Shown here: positions 8,931 through 18,145 of the stretch, in pieces
Position numbering within the stretch: the first letter of the stretch is position 1
Layout: every line of letters begins with the position of its first letter
Source of the DNA: Bryobacterales bacterium
Lineage (GTDB): Bacteria > Acidobacteriota > Terriglobia > Bryobacterales > Bryobacteraceae
DNA length: 40,286 bases
Direction of reading: 5' to 3'
Assembly: GCA_025456495.1 (NCBI GenBank)
Contig: JALOKO010000001.1
Location: 1-40,286 of the forward strand
Position numbers and translations under genes: made by a program
Notes under the pieces: model-generated
What the model saw: only the letters and a program-made list of their open reading frames with translations
Told to the model about the DNA's origin: nothing
Databases searched by the model: none

Positions 8931-8997
8931 CGAAATAGCGTAGGGCAGTTTGAAACCGAAGTAGGGCAAATCGAAACAGACGTAGGGGTGCTATAAT
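8931..8997 (+). promoter_or_regulatory. Three phased direct repeats (GAAA-N4-5-GTAGGG) abutting a consensus TATAAT box
   Basis: The repeats are cgaaatagcgtagggcag (8931-8948), tgaaaccgaagtagggcaa (8951-8969) and cgaaacagacgtaggggtg (8972-8990). The GTAGGG cores start at 8940, 8961 and 8982, giving a 21 bp period. A tataat follows at 8992-8997. Confidence 0.5.
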
Positions 8998-9224
8998 CGT
9001 GGGTTATGGAGGGTATTGCGCGTCACTAGGTATAGCGCTTGCTGTTTCCTGTGACGCCAACGAGTTGCACCTTCCGCCCACAGTGTCCGCTGGGCGCCAG
9101 TTTGCATTCGCGGCGTTGTCCTCCCCTGGTTCGCGTTTCTCCTGCCACAATGAAAGCAGCTGCACTAGTCAATCAGGTTAACTAGCAGGAGTGGCCCCTT
9201 CGGAGCCGGAAAGGGCAGCACCAC

Positions 9225-10157
9225 ATGGATCTCGACCAACTACACACGTTTCTGGAAATTGTTCGCTTGAAGAGTTTTTCGAAGGCAGCGCAAACCTGCT
9301 TTCGAACGCAGCCAGCAATTAGCGCGCAGGTACGCCAGCTTGAGCAGGAGCTCAACACGTCCTTGTTTGAGAGGTTGGGAACGCGGATTCGCCTTACGCC
9401 CGCTGGAAAAATCTTCGCCGATTACGCGGAGCAGATTTTGGACCTTCGCCGTCGCGCCCAGGACAGCATCAATGAGTTGGATCGCGTTCCGCGTGGCGAA
9501 CTGGTGATAGCGGCCAATGAGGCCACCTGCATTCACGTGCTGCCCCGCGTCTTTTCCGAGTACAAGAAGCAATTCCCCAACGTCCAGTTGCAGGTTGACC
9601 GCTCCTATGGCGCGCGGGTTGTGGAGGCCGTGGTGGACAACCTGGCTGACTTTGGCATCACGCAGTTGCCAGTGCAGGAGACGAAGGTGCAGGTGGTGCG
9701 GATCCACTCGGATGAGATCAAGGTGATTGTTCCCCCGACGCATCCCCTGGCGGACCGGACAAGCGTCAGCGCGCAGGAGGTGGCCAATCACACCGTGCTG
9801 ATGCCCAAGTACGGCACCACGCGAAAGCGGTTGACCACGTGGTTTGAGGCGGCCGGAGACAATCTGCAGATCTCCATGGAACTGGATTCCACTGAGATGA
9901 TCAAGCGCTTTTGCCTGGCGGATATGGGCGTAGGTTTTCTTGCCTACACCCACTGCCGCGAGGAAGTGGAAGCCGGACTGTTGCGCGCGATTTCGATTGA
10001 GCCCGAACCGATGATTCGGCGTCTGGGGCTGATCTACAAGAAGGACAAGGCGCTCTCGAAGGCGGCGCTCGGGTTTATCCAAGTGATTCTGGAGCATGCT
10101 GGCGACTCCTCGCGCGCACCGGAAGAACCCGTTCTTCCCGTCCCTGTCCAGAGCTGA
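9225..10157 (+). CDS. LysR-family transcriptional regulator
   Basis: The N-terminal HTH reads LHTFLEIVRLKSFSKAAQTCFRTQPAISAQVRQLEQELNTSLFER. The C-terminal part is a LysR substrate-binding type region of about 200 aa. Confidence 0.9.
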   Translation: MDLDQLHTFLEIVRLKSFSKAAQTCFRTQPAISAQVRQLEQELNTSLFERLGTRIRLTPAGKIFADYAEQILDLRRRAQDSINELDRVPRGELVIAANEATCIHVLPRVFSEYKKQFPNVQLQVDRSYGARVVEAVVDNLADFGITQLPVQETKVQVVRIHSDEIKVIVPPTHPLADRTSVSAQEVANHTVLMPKYGTTRKRLTTWFEAAGDNLQISMELDSTEMIKRFCLADMGVGFLAYTHCREEVEAGLLRAISIEPEPMIRRLGLIYKKDKALSKAALGFIQVILEHAGDSSRAPEEPVLPVPVQS

Positions 10158-10184
10158 CTCACCGGGGGGTAGGATAGGACCGGC

Positions 10185-10613
10185 ATGGAGCACTCAGGCC
10201 CAGATCGTGCACGGCGAGACCAACCGCAAGAGGTGAACCCGAGTGGCGGTGTGGCGCACGTCCCCGCCTACCGACACCGCGTGATCCTGGTGGCGGATAG
10301 CACCGGAAGCCATTGGATATCCAGCGTCGCGCCCATTCCGCGGAATACCGCCCAACGCATCCAGAGAGTGGCCGTGCAGGCAACGATGGCGCGCTTCGTG
10401 TGGGCGGACTCCCGGTTGACGGAACCAGGCCATCCCCTGTCGTATCTGCTGCCGACAAGCGTTCCACCACGAGGGCTTTCCGCACTGTGCGCCCCGGAGC
10501 CAGGGACACAACCCCCCACTCCGCAGCGGCGCTGGCGTCGCCTGCTTCCATGGGTTGCCGCGGTGGCTACGGCGGGTCTGGGGTATTTGGTGTTGCTTGT
10601 TCGCGCCGCGTGA
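10185..10613 (+). CDS. Small hypothetical protein with a C-terminal hydrophobic anchor
   Basis: Third-position GC is enriched in this frame across the central part of the ORF. An AGGA lies about 8 nt upstream of the ATG. The C-terminus is hydrophobic (LLPWVAAVATAGLGYLVLLV). I recognised no homology. Confidence 0.4.
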   Translation: MEHSGPDRARRDQPQEVNPSGGVAHVPAYRHRVILVADSTGSHWISSVAPIPRNTAQRIQRVAVQATMARFVWADSRLTEPGHPLSYLLPTSVPPRGLSALCAPEPGTQPPTPQRRWRRLLPWVAAVATAGLGYLVLLVRAA

Positions 10614-10692
10614 AGGGCTGCTTCCACTCCGCACGCCGGTTGCACCGTCTGTGTCATGCTGCCGCAATGCAATCGCGATAGGGTAAAGGTTT

Positions 10693-11586
10693 ATGGCAAA
10701 GAAGGCATTGGTATTCGGCAGTCGAGGGCAATTGGGCATCGAGATGAGCCGTGGGTTGCAGCGAGACGGCTGGGAGGTGGTGAGCTTTGATCGCCACACT
10801 GCGGACGTGCGTCAGGCGGATGTGGTCCACGGATTTATCGAGTCCGCATCGCCAGAACTGGTGGTCAATTGCGCAGCCTACAATCTGGTGGACCGCGCCG
10901 AGGCGGAACCCGCGGCAGCCTATTACGCGAATGCGCTGGCCGTTCGTAACCTGGCGACGGCCTGCCGCAAGTGTGGCGCCCGATTGCTGCACTTCTCCTC
11001 GGACTATGTGTTCGATGGCGCCAAGGGCGAGCCCTACACGGAAGCCGACAGTCCGCATCCGCGCAGCGCGTACGGCGTCTCGAAACTAAGCGGGGAGCAC
11101 TATGCCTTTGCTTATCTGGACACCGCTCTGGTGATTCGCACCTGTGGGGTATACGGTCCGGAGGGAATCCATACAGCGCACGGAAACTTTGTTGAGACGA
11201 TGTTGCGCAATGCCCATGCCGGACGGGAACTGCGTGTGGTGATGGATACCATCGCGTCCCCCACCTATGCGCCCGCGCTGGCGGAAAAGGCAATCGCGTT
11301 GGCCACGGACCGCCGCGCGGGGCTGTTTCACGTGGGGGGAGGCCAGCCGATCTCCTGGTTTCAGTTCGCCAGTGAGATCTTTGCGGTTTGCCAATTGTCG
11401 GCTGACCTCATTCCCACCACACGCGCGGAATATCCCACGCAGGCTGAGCGACCGATGTTCTCTGCGTTATCCAACGCAAAGCTGGAGGCCGAAGGTTTCG
11501 GGGCCATGCCCGGGATTCGAGAAGCGCTTACCCACTACTTTGATCGTCGCGAGGATTCGCTCCGCGAGGGCAATCGGGCGCACTAA
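10693..11586 (+). CDS. rfbD: dTDP-4-dehydrorhamnose reductase (RmlD/RfbD family, NAD(P)-binding)
   Basis: The N-terminus has the Rossmann motif ALVFGSRGQLG. Also present are VVNCAAY, HFSSDYVFDG and the catalytic YGVSKLSGE (YxxxK). The length, about 297 aa, fits the family. Confidence 0.85.
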   Translation: MAKKALVFGSRGQLGIEMSRGLQRDGWEVVSFDRHTADVRQADVVHGFIESASPELVVNCAAYNLVDRAEAEPAAAYYANALAVRNLATACRKCGARLLHFSSDYVFDGAKGEPYTEADSPHPRSAYGVSKLSGEHYAFAYLDTALVIRTCGVYGPEGIHTAHGNFVETMLRNAHAGRELRVVMDTIASPTYAPALAEKAIALATDRRAGLFHVGGGQPISWFQFASEIFAVCQLSADLIPTTRAEYPTQAERPMFSALSNAKLEAEGFGAMPGIREALTHYFDRREDSLREGNRAH

Positions 11587-11594
11587 CGCCTGCC

Positions 11595-12641
11595 CTATTT
11601 GTCCTTCACCGCGTAGTAGCCTCGACGGGTCTGCACCTTCATCCCCTTTTGCTTCACCGATAGCTCAATCCGGCGAAAGCTGCCGTCCTGCTCTGGATTG
11701 GTGGGTGTGAAGCCGATGGAATACTGATTGCGCAGCTCTTCCTGAATGGCCTCAAAGATGTCCGATAGCGGTTGGTTACGCCTGGGCTTGAACAGGGTGC
11801 CACCGGTCTCCCGCGCCATCTTCCCCAGGTCGTAGTCGGCGGTGCCCAGGCTGAAGGGTCCGTAGTAGCCCATGTCGTAGTGAAGAATACTGTAGACCAC
11901 AACGTCAGAGATGTGCGCCTCTCGCAACGCTTCCTCAATACTCACTTTGCTGCCCTGATCCATTCCATCCGTGATGAGGATGATGGCCTTGCGACCGGGA
12001 ACGGGACGCAGCATCTCCTTTGCCGCCAGGTACACCGCATCGAACAGCACGGTGCCTCTGGGGGTGCTGGTGGGGTTCGTGCCCGGGGTGACAGGGCTGT
12101 ACGAACCGCCGCGCACCTGCAGGTCTTGCAGGCTCTTGGAGAGCAGACGGCGACTGGAAGTGAGGTCCTGTTCCAAGCGGGTGTCGGGACCGAAGGTGAT
12201 GACGAAGGCGAGGTCGTTGTCGTCAATCACCTGTTCAATGAACGCTTCCGCGCTTCGCTTCTCTTCTTCAATCAGGTTTTCCTGGCTGACGCTGACGTCG
12301 ATGATCAGGCCCAGGGTGAGAGGTACGTCTGACTCCGCCGCGAAATAGCGGATGTCCTGTACTTTGCCGCTTTCCTTCAGGACAAAATCTTCCTTGGAAA
12401 GGCCCGGAACAAACCGGCCAGCCTTGTCGCGGACGCTCGCCAGAACGTTCACCACCTGGACGTCCATCGAGATCACGGCGCCCGAATCCGTAATGACGGC
12501 GTCGGCAGGCTGAGCCGCAGGTGGCTTCGCACGATCTGCCGGGTTTGGCTTCAGCGGCTTGAACTGCGCGCCAACGCCCGACGCCAACAGCGCTGTCAAA
12601 GCCAACACGCGACACGTTCGATTCCAAATCATCTGGCGCAT
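11595..12641 (-). CDS. VWA domain protein of the VWFA-related acidobacterial type, secreted
   Basis: It has a signal peptide (MRQMIWNRTCRVLALTALLASGVGAQ). Motifs VVNVLASVRDKAGRFVPGLSKEDFVLKESGKVQ, LGLIIDVSVS and AIILITDGMD are present. The C-terminus YSIGFTPTN...GYYA is characteristic of that family. Confidence 0.8.
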   Translation of the reverse strand: MRQMIWNRTCRVLALTALLASGVGAQFKPLKPNPADRAKPPAAQPADAVITDSGAVISMDVQVVNVLASVRDKAGRFVPGLSKEDFVLKESGKVQDIRYFAAESDVPLTLGLIIDVSVSQENLIEEEKRSAEAFIEQVIDDNDLAFVITFGPDTRLEQDLTSSRRLLSKSLQDLQVRGGSYSPVTPGTNPTSTPRGTVLFDAVYLAAKEMLRPVPGRKAIILITDGMDQGSKVSIEEALREAHISDVVVYSILHYDMGYYGPFSLGTADYDLGKMARETGGTLFKPRRNQPLSDIFEAIQEELRNQYSIGFTPTNPEQDGSFRRIELSVKQKGMKVQTRRGYYAVKDK

Positions 12642-12743
12642 ACGCACCCCCGTATGCCCTTGTAGATGTCTGGGCCTTGTCATCTGTTACCTTTACCCGC
12701 TGGAAATCGCCGAAGGCGCGCACAATCGCATCACCCTGACCGC

Positions 12744-14927
12744 CTAGCGACGCGGCTTCAGGATGGTGACTCCCAGCGGAGGCAAGGTCATCTGGACGCT
12801 ATAGCCGCGTCCATGCACGGGGAGAGGATCGGCCATCACCGCGCCGTTCACCACACCGCTCCCCCAGAACTCCGATGCATCGGTGTTCAGCACTTCGTCG
12901 TACCAGCCATCACCCGGCACGCCAATCCGGTACCCATGCCGCACGGCGGGAGTGAAGTTACACACAACCACAAGGTAGTCGTCCTGATCTTCACCACGCC
13001 TCAGGAACGAGATCACGGAGTTATCCACATCGTTGATATCAATCCACTCAAAACCGGTCCAGTGAAAATCCACCTGGTATAGCGCTGGTTCCTGGCGGTA
13101 CACTTCATTCAACTTCTTCAGCGCCAGTTGCAGGCCACGGTGCGGTGCATACTGCAATAGATCCCATCGAACCTGGGCACCACAAGACCATTCCTCCGGT
13201 TGTCCCACATCGCTTCCCATAAATAGCAGTTTCTTGCCGGGATGGGTGTACATATACGCCATGAATGCGCGCGCATTCGCGAATCGCTGCCATTCATCAC
13301 CAGGCATCTTGCCCAGCAAAGAACCTTTGCCATGCACCACCTCATCGTGTGAAATGGGAAGCATGAAGTTTTCAGTAAATGCATACAGCATGCTGAACGT
13401 AATATTGCTCTGGTGAAACTTCCGGAAGACAGGGTCCTTCTGAAAGTAAGCCAGCATGTCATGCATCCAGCCCATATTCCATTTGAAAGTAAAGCCAATC
13501 CCACCCAGGTAGACAGGACGGGAGATTCCAGGAAATGCCGTACTCTCCTCCGCCGCGGTGACAACACCGGGTACCTGATGCGCAAGTTCATTGAAGCGCC
13601 GAAGCACCTCCATGGCCTCCAGATTCTCGTTGCCGCCATACTGATTGGGAATCCATTGGCCCGCTTCTCGCGAGTAATCCAAATACAGCATCGAGGCCAC
13701 GGCATCCACGCGCAGCCCGTCAATGTGATACTTCCTTAGCCAGAAGAGGGCGTTTGAGACCAGGAAGGTCTTCACCTCGTTGCGGCCATAGTTGAAAATC
13801 AGCGTTCCCCAATCCTTGTGCTCGCCCATTCTTGGGTCGGCATGTTCGTACAGGTGGGTTCCATCAAAATACGCCAAGCCATGAGCGTCTTTCGGGAAAT
13901 GTCCCGGAACCCAATCCACATACACACCAATGCCCTGCTGGTGGCACTGATCGACAAAATACATGAAGTCATCCGGAGTGCCAAAGCGAGACGTTGGCGC
14001 ATAATACCCAACAACCTGATAACCCCAGGAGCCACTAAACGGATGTTCGGCTACAGGCAGCAATTCAATATGCGTGAAGCCCATCTCCTTCACATAAGGC
14101 AGCAGAGTCCTGCATAGGTCGCGATAACTTAACAAATAGCCTTCCGGGCTTCGCAGCCAGCTCTCCAGGTGTACCTCGTAAATCGAGATGGGTTCTTTCA
14201 GATAATTCTTGCGTCCTCGCTCTTCCAGCCACACTTGATCGTTCCACTCATAGCGATCCACATCCCAGACAATGGATGCCGACTTTGGGGGGACCTCCAT
14301 GTAGAAGCCATAAGGGTCAGCCTTCAGTTGGCGATGGCCCTGGAACTTGCTCCGGACAAAATACTTGTAGGCCATCCCGTTGCGAATGGCGGGAATGAAG
14401 ATTTCCCACAGTCCCCCGTCTCGCAACCGCATGGGGTGACGGCGGGTATCCCAGTCGTTGAACTCGCCCACTACACTAACGGTCTCGGCGTTGGGCGCCC
14501 ACACGACGAACGTCGCACCATCCACGCCATCCATTTGCCGCAGATGGGCGCCCATGGTGCCGTAGGTTTCCGAATGGGTTCCCTCGCCATGCAGGTGGAT
14601 ATCGAAGTCACTAAGGATGGGGGGGAAGCGATAGGCATCTTCGACATCCACCGTGCCGCCGTCATGGCGGTGAACGCGCAGACGATACGCCCCGGGTGGC
14701 TTGGCGCCCTGCCAGGCGAAGATTCCGTCTGGATGAATGCGCTCCATCGGCTCTGGAAGCCCGTCCCGCAACAGTTCCACGCGTTGGGCCTGCGGCTGAA
14801 AGGTGTTGACAACCCACACCGAGGCTGGCTTGCGACCTCGTCCCTGCTTCTCCTGGTGCGGTCCCAGCACTCCAAACGGATTGCTGTGGTACCCGCCGAC
14901 GATGGCTTCCATGACTTCTGGTTTCAT
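12744..14927 (-). CDS. glgB: 1,4-alpha-glucan branching enzyme
   Basis: The protein is 727 aa. The N-terminus contains [16 protein letters not shown]13 catalytic regions are present: [47 protein letters not shown]. The start could instead be the ATG at 14912. Confidence 0.95.
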   Translation of the reverse strand: MKPEVMEAIVGGYHSNPFGVLGPHQEKQGRGRKPASVWVVNTFQPQAQRVELLRDGLPEPMERIHPDGIFAWQGAKPPGAYRLRVHRHDGGTVDVEDAYRFPPILSDFDIHLHGEGTHSETYGTMGAHLRQMDGVDGATFVVWAPNAETVSVVGEFNDWDTRRHPMRLRDGGLWEIFIPAIRNGMAYKYFVRSKFQGHRQLKADPYGFYMEVPPKSASIVWDVDRYEWNDQVWLEERGRKNYLKEPISIYEVHLESWLRSPEGYLLSYRDLCRTLLPYVKEMGFTHIELLPVAEHPFSGSWGYQVVGYYAPTSRFGTPDDFMYFVDQCHQQGIGVYVDWVPGHFPKDAHGLAYFDGTHLYEHADPRMGEHKDWGTLIFNYGRNEVKTFLVSNALFWLRKYHIDGLRVDAVASMLYLDYSREAGQWIPNQYGGNENLEAMEVLRRFNELAHQVPGVVTAAEESTAFPGISRPVYLGGIGFTFKWNMGWMHDMLAYFQKDPVFRKFHQSNITFSMLYAFTENFMLPISHDEVVHGKGSLLGKMPGDEWQRFANARAFMAYMYTHPGKKLLFMGSDVGQPEEWSCGAQVRWDLLQYAPHRGLQLALKKLNEVYRQEPALYQVDFHWTGFEWIDINDVDNSVISFLRRGEDQDDYLVVVCNFTPAVRHGYRIGVPGDGWYDEVLNTDASEFWGSGVVNGAVMADPLPVHGRGYSVQMTLPPLGVTILKPRR

Positions 14928-14968
14928 TGCGCCTTATTATCTCAGTATTGGGAGTCCCGCCCCCGCGA

Positions 14969-15940
14969 ATGCCATCCACTGCCGAACGACTGGCCCAGCT
15001 ACCCAAAGCGGAACTGCATCTTCACCTGGAAGGCGCAGCGGAGCCGCACATCATCCAGCGGATCCATCCCGGCTTGAGCCTGCGCGAAATCCAGGACCAC
15101 TACCGTTATAGCGACTTCACCGGTTTCCTGCAGAGCTTCAAGTGGGTGGCCAAGCGGCTTTCCCTCCCCGAGCACTATGCCGTTGTAGCCAACAATCTGT
15201 TCGCGACGCTGCGCGCGCAGAACGTCCGCTATGCCGAGATCATGCTCTCAGTGGGCGTGCTGTTGTGGAAGGAGCAGGATGTCGACGCCACCTTTCAGGC
15301 CATCGACGCGGAGGCTGTCAACGCGGGCTTTCCGGTGCGTTGGATCTTTGACGCCATCCGGCAGTTCCCGGTGGAGGATGCCAAGCGGGTGCTGCAAATG
15401 GCCATTCGCTATCGGGACCGTGGCGTGGTCGCCTTTGGCATCGGGGGGAATGAGGAACTTGGCCCCGCGCGCAATTTCCACGCCGTCTTTCAAGAGGCAC
15501 GCGAGGCCGGGCTGCGCCTGAGTGTCCACGGTGGTGAAACCACTGGTCCCGGTTCTGTGTGGGAGGCGCTGGAAGGGGGCGCCGAGCGCATTGGACATGG
15601 CATCCGCGCCGTTGAGGACCCGCTCCTGCTGCGCCACCTCTCCGCACGTCAGATTCCCCTGGAAATCTCTGTCTCCAGCAACCTGCTTACCGGCGCCGTC
15701 GCCAGCCTGGAGGCGCATCCGTTGCGAATCCTGCATGAGGCGGGAGTCCCAATCATTCTCAACACAGACGACCCGGCGCTGTTTCGAACCTCCCTTACGC
15801 GTGAGTACCAGATTGCTCACCAACACTTTGGCTTCTCGTTGGATGAGCTTCACCAGATTGCGTTGAACGGCTTCCGCTTCGCCTTTGATGCTGACGCCGC
15901 CAGCAGAGCACTGGCAGCTGCGGGCGACGCACTGGCCTAA
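14969..15940 (+). CDS. add: Adenosine deaminase family protein
   Basis: Motifs LPKAELHLHLEG, SVHGGE, RIGHG and ILNTDDPALF are present. I preferred the ATG at 14969 to the TTG at 14927, which would abut the glgB start. Confidence 0.88.
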   Translation: MPSTAERLAQLPKAELHLHLEGAAEPHIIQRIHPGLSLREIQDHYRYSDFTGFLQSFKWVAKRLSLPEHYAVVANNLFATLRAQNVRYAEIMLSVGVLLWKEQDVDATFQAIDAEAVNAGFPVRWIFDAIRQFPVEDAKRVLQMAIRYRDRGVVAFGIGGNEELGPARNFHAVFQEAREAGLRLSVHGGETTGPGSVWEALEGGAERIGHGIRAVEDPLLLRHLSARQIPLEISVSSNLLTGAVASLEAHPLRILHEAGVPIILNTDDPALFRTSLTREYQIAHQHFGFSLDELHQIALNGFRFAFDADAASRALAAAGDALA

Positions 15941-16064
15941 GTGGGCGGCGTGTTGGCCTGGGGCCAGCAATCCTGGTAGCTCCGTATCGTGCGTAGACCC
16001 TGAGACGTGGCGCGGAGGCAAGAACGGTTTTGCGCATGTCGTTCGGGTCCTAATGATTTAGACC

Positions 16065-16093
16065 TTGACGTTTCGGTACCAGATGATTAAGCT
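16065..16093 (+). promoter_or_regulatory. Candidate promoter for the marR-efflux operon
   Basis: There is a ttgacg (16065-16070), a 17 nt spacer, then taagct (16088-16093), 13 nt upstream of the marR ATG. Immediately upstream lies an imperfect palindrome, ggtcctaatgatttagacc (16046-16064), which is a possible MarR operator. Confidence 0.35.
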
Positions 16094-16105
16094 ACGAATA
16101 GACCT

Positions 16106-16666
16106 ATGGATGCTACCGCAACTCCTCCTCCACAACTGGCGCGTCAGGATTTCTACGCGCGTACGCTTCCAGCGGTGGCGCAGCGCTTCGAGGGTTACGA
16201 CGTCGACATGGGGGAGATGTTCCTCAGCCTGGCCATGGCCTATGACACCATCACCAGTCACTTCGGCCGCCGGCTTGGGCGCTATGGCTTGACCTTCCCC
16301 GCATTCAATGTGCTGATGATTGTGAACAGCCCAAGCTACCGGGAAACCGGCTGCCCGATGTCTCAAATTGGCGAGTTGCTGTTGGTGAGCAAAGCCAATG
16401 TCACCGGGCTGGTGGATAGCCTGCAACGGAAGTCGTTCGTGAAGCGTTGCGACGCGGATTACGACCGGCGCGTCAAGCTGGTACGGCTAACCGCGAAGGG
16501 GGCCACATTGCTGGGGCGGGTGTTGCCCGGTCACCTGGCGGAGGTTTCGCGCATCCTGGGAACCGTGAGCAAACAGGATCGCATCAAGTTGCGTGACCTG
16601 CTGCGCAAGTTGCAGGCGGGCCTGGAGCACGCGATGGAGGCCGACGATGCGCAAACAACGCGGTGA
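16106..16666 (+). CDS. MarR-family transcriptional regulator
   Basis: The winged-helix region reads MSQIGELLLVSKANVTGLVDSLQRKSFVKRCDADYDRRVKLVRLTAKG. Confidence 0.88.
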   Translation: MDATATPPPQLARQDFYARTLPAVAQRFEGYDVDMGEMFLSLAMAYDTITSHFGRRLGRYGLTFPAFNVLMIVNSPSYRETGCPMSQIGELLLVSKANVTGLVDSLQRKSFVKRCDADYDRRVKLVRLTAKGATLLGRVLPGHLAEVSRILGTVSKQDRIKLRDLLRKLQAGLEHAMEADDAQTTR

Positions 16667-18092
16667 TGGGGAGTTCCCGTTCTGGCGGGTGTTTGCATTG
16701 GGACAGTGGCTGATTCTGCTGGCTCTGCTGCTGTTTATCGTGTTCACGCTACGCGGGCAAGATCGTCAATTGGCCACATCCCCCCTGGTGGATACGCCGT
16801 CACGGTCGAGCGACGCAGGGCAGAGTGGCGGTTCTGCGATTTCCTTGGCGCAGGCGATCCAGCAGGCATTGAGCCCTACCGGAAATGCGCGCGTGGCCAT
16901 CGCCCGCGAGATGGCGCTGCAAGCGAAGGCGCGCGGGCAACAGGCGAGGGCAGAGCTGCTACCTCACCTTGACGGCGCGGTGTCACAATCCAGCCAGACG
17001 CGTAATCTGCAGGCGCTAGGCATTGAGTTGTCGATTCCCCTGCCCGGGTTCCAGCCACCGCGCTTTGTCGGACCCTTCAACGTTTTCGACGCGCGGGTCT
17101 CAGTCACCCAGCAGATTTTCAGCATGAGTTCGGTACGTCGCTATCGGGCGGCACGCGAAGGCTGGACGGCCGCGCAGGCCGAGGAGCAGCACGCGCGCGA
17201 CTCTGTCGCCACGCTGGTGGCAAAAGCGTATCTCGCAGTGCAACGCGCGGAAGCGCAGGCGCAGGCGGCCTCGGCCACCCTTACCCTGGCGCGCGAGCTG
17301 GAGGACCTGGCACGCAAGCAACGGGAAGTGGGTACCGGCATTGCCTTGGACCTTACCCGCGCCCAGGTGCAGCGGAGTCAGGCCGAGCAGGCGTTACTGC
17401 AACGTGAGACCGAGCGCAGCGCCGCGCGCCTGCAATTACAGCGCCTGATGGGGATGCCTTTGGGCGAGGGGATGGTGGTGGACGCGGAGATGCCTCCACC
17501 GTTGGATGACCTTCCCGCGCTGGATGACGCGCTTGCCACCGCGCTGCGCGAACGCGAGGACCTGCGGGCGCAACAAGCGCGACAGGAAGGCGCCCGCCAA
17601 CTGCAATCCGCCGTGCGGTGGGAACGGTCACCGATGGTGGCAGCCTTCGGGGATTACGGGGCCAGCGGCAATACACCAGCAAATGCCCTTGCCACTCGCG
17701 CCGTGGGACTCACTGCCCGCCTGCCTCTGTTTGATGGCGGACGCCGGGAAGCGAGACGTTCCGAGGCAGCGGCGAAGCAACGGGAAGAAGAGCTCCGGAC
17801 GCGAGATCTGCGACAGCAGGTGGAACTCGACCTGCGCCTGGCATTGGAGTCGCTGCAGTCAACCCGAAGCCAGGTGCTTGTAGCGCTGGACGCTTTTCAA
17901 CAATCGGAACTGGAACTCACCCAAGCGCGGCGTCGCTTCCAGGCGGGTGTTTCCAACAACCTGGAAGTCACCCGTGCGCAGACCACCGTGGAGCAATCCC
18001 GCGTCGCGCGCATTGATGCACTGTTCCGCTACCACATTGCACGGATCGAGTTTGCCTTCGCCAGCGGACGCATGGATGAGGGAATGCAGTAG
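16647..18092 (+). CDS. TolC-family outer membrane efflux protein
   Basis: The protein has two tandem OEP-type repeats rich in A/Q/R/L coiled segments, with motifs such as LPLFDGGRREA and RRFQAGVSNNLEVTRAQ. It has an N-terminal hydrophobic signal. The ATG at 16647 overlaps the marR 3' end by 20 nt. Confidence 0.85.
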   Translation: MRKQRGDGEFPFWRVFALGQWLILLALLLFIVFTLRGQDRQLATSPLVDTPSRSSDAGQSGGSAISLAQAIQQALSPTGNARVAIAREMALQAKARGQQARAELLPHLDGAVSQSSQTRNLQALGIELSIPLPGFQPPRFVGPFNVFDARVSVTQQIFSMSSVRRYRAAREGWTAAQAEEQHARDSVATLVAKAYLAVQRAEAQAQAASATLTLARELEDLARKQREVGTGIALDLTRAQVQRSQAEQALLQRETERSAARLQLQRLMGMPLGEGMVVDAEMPPPLDDLPALDDALATALREREDLRAQQARQEGARQLQSAVRWERSPMVAAFGDYGASGNTPANALATRAVGLTARLPLFDGGRREARRSEAAAKQREEELRTRDLRQQVELDLRLALESLQSTRSQVLVALDAFQQSELELTQARRRFQAGVSNNLEVTRAQTTVEQSRVARIDALFRYHIARIEFAFASGRMDEGMQ

Positions 18093-18145
18093 ATCCCGTC
18101 CCGGCAGCCGGGACAGAGGCCCAAGGCCACGGGGAGAGTGAGCGA

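Noticed and set aside
9240-10193. Long antisense ORFs lie opposite well-supported genes. Examples are 9240-10193(-) vs lysR, 15248-16021(-) vs add, 18029-19354(-) vs hlyD, 28001-29038(+) vs the Kelch gene, 14169-15077(+) vs glgB, 8220-8969(-), 24593-25363(+) vs ubiD and 12666-13082(+).
   Set aside because: Their translations are Arg/Pro/Gly/His-rich with no motifs. The opposite strand carries clear family signatures in each case. Open antisense frames like these are expected in high-GC DNA.
10158-10692. A structured housekeeping RNA (RNase P RNA, tmRNA or SRP RNA) in the large gap after lysR.
   Set aside because: I searched both strands for GGAAAGUCCGG / ACAGAACCCGGCUUA (RNase P), a tRNA-like 3' end (tmRNA) and the SRP domain IV motif. 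Only a weak GGAAAGCCC was found on the minus strand.
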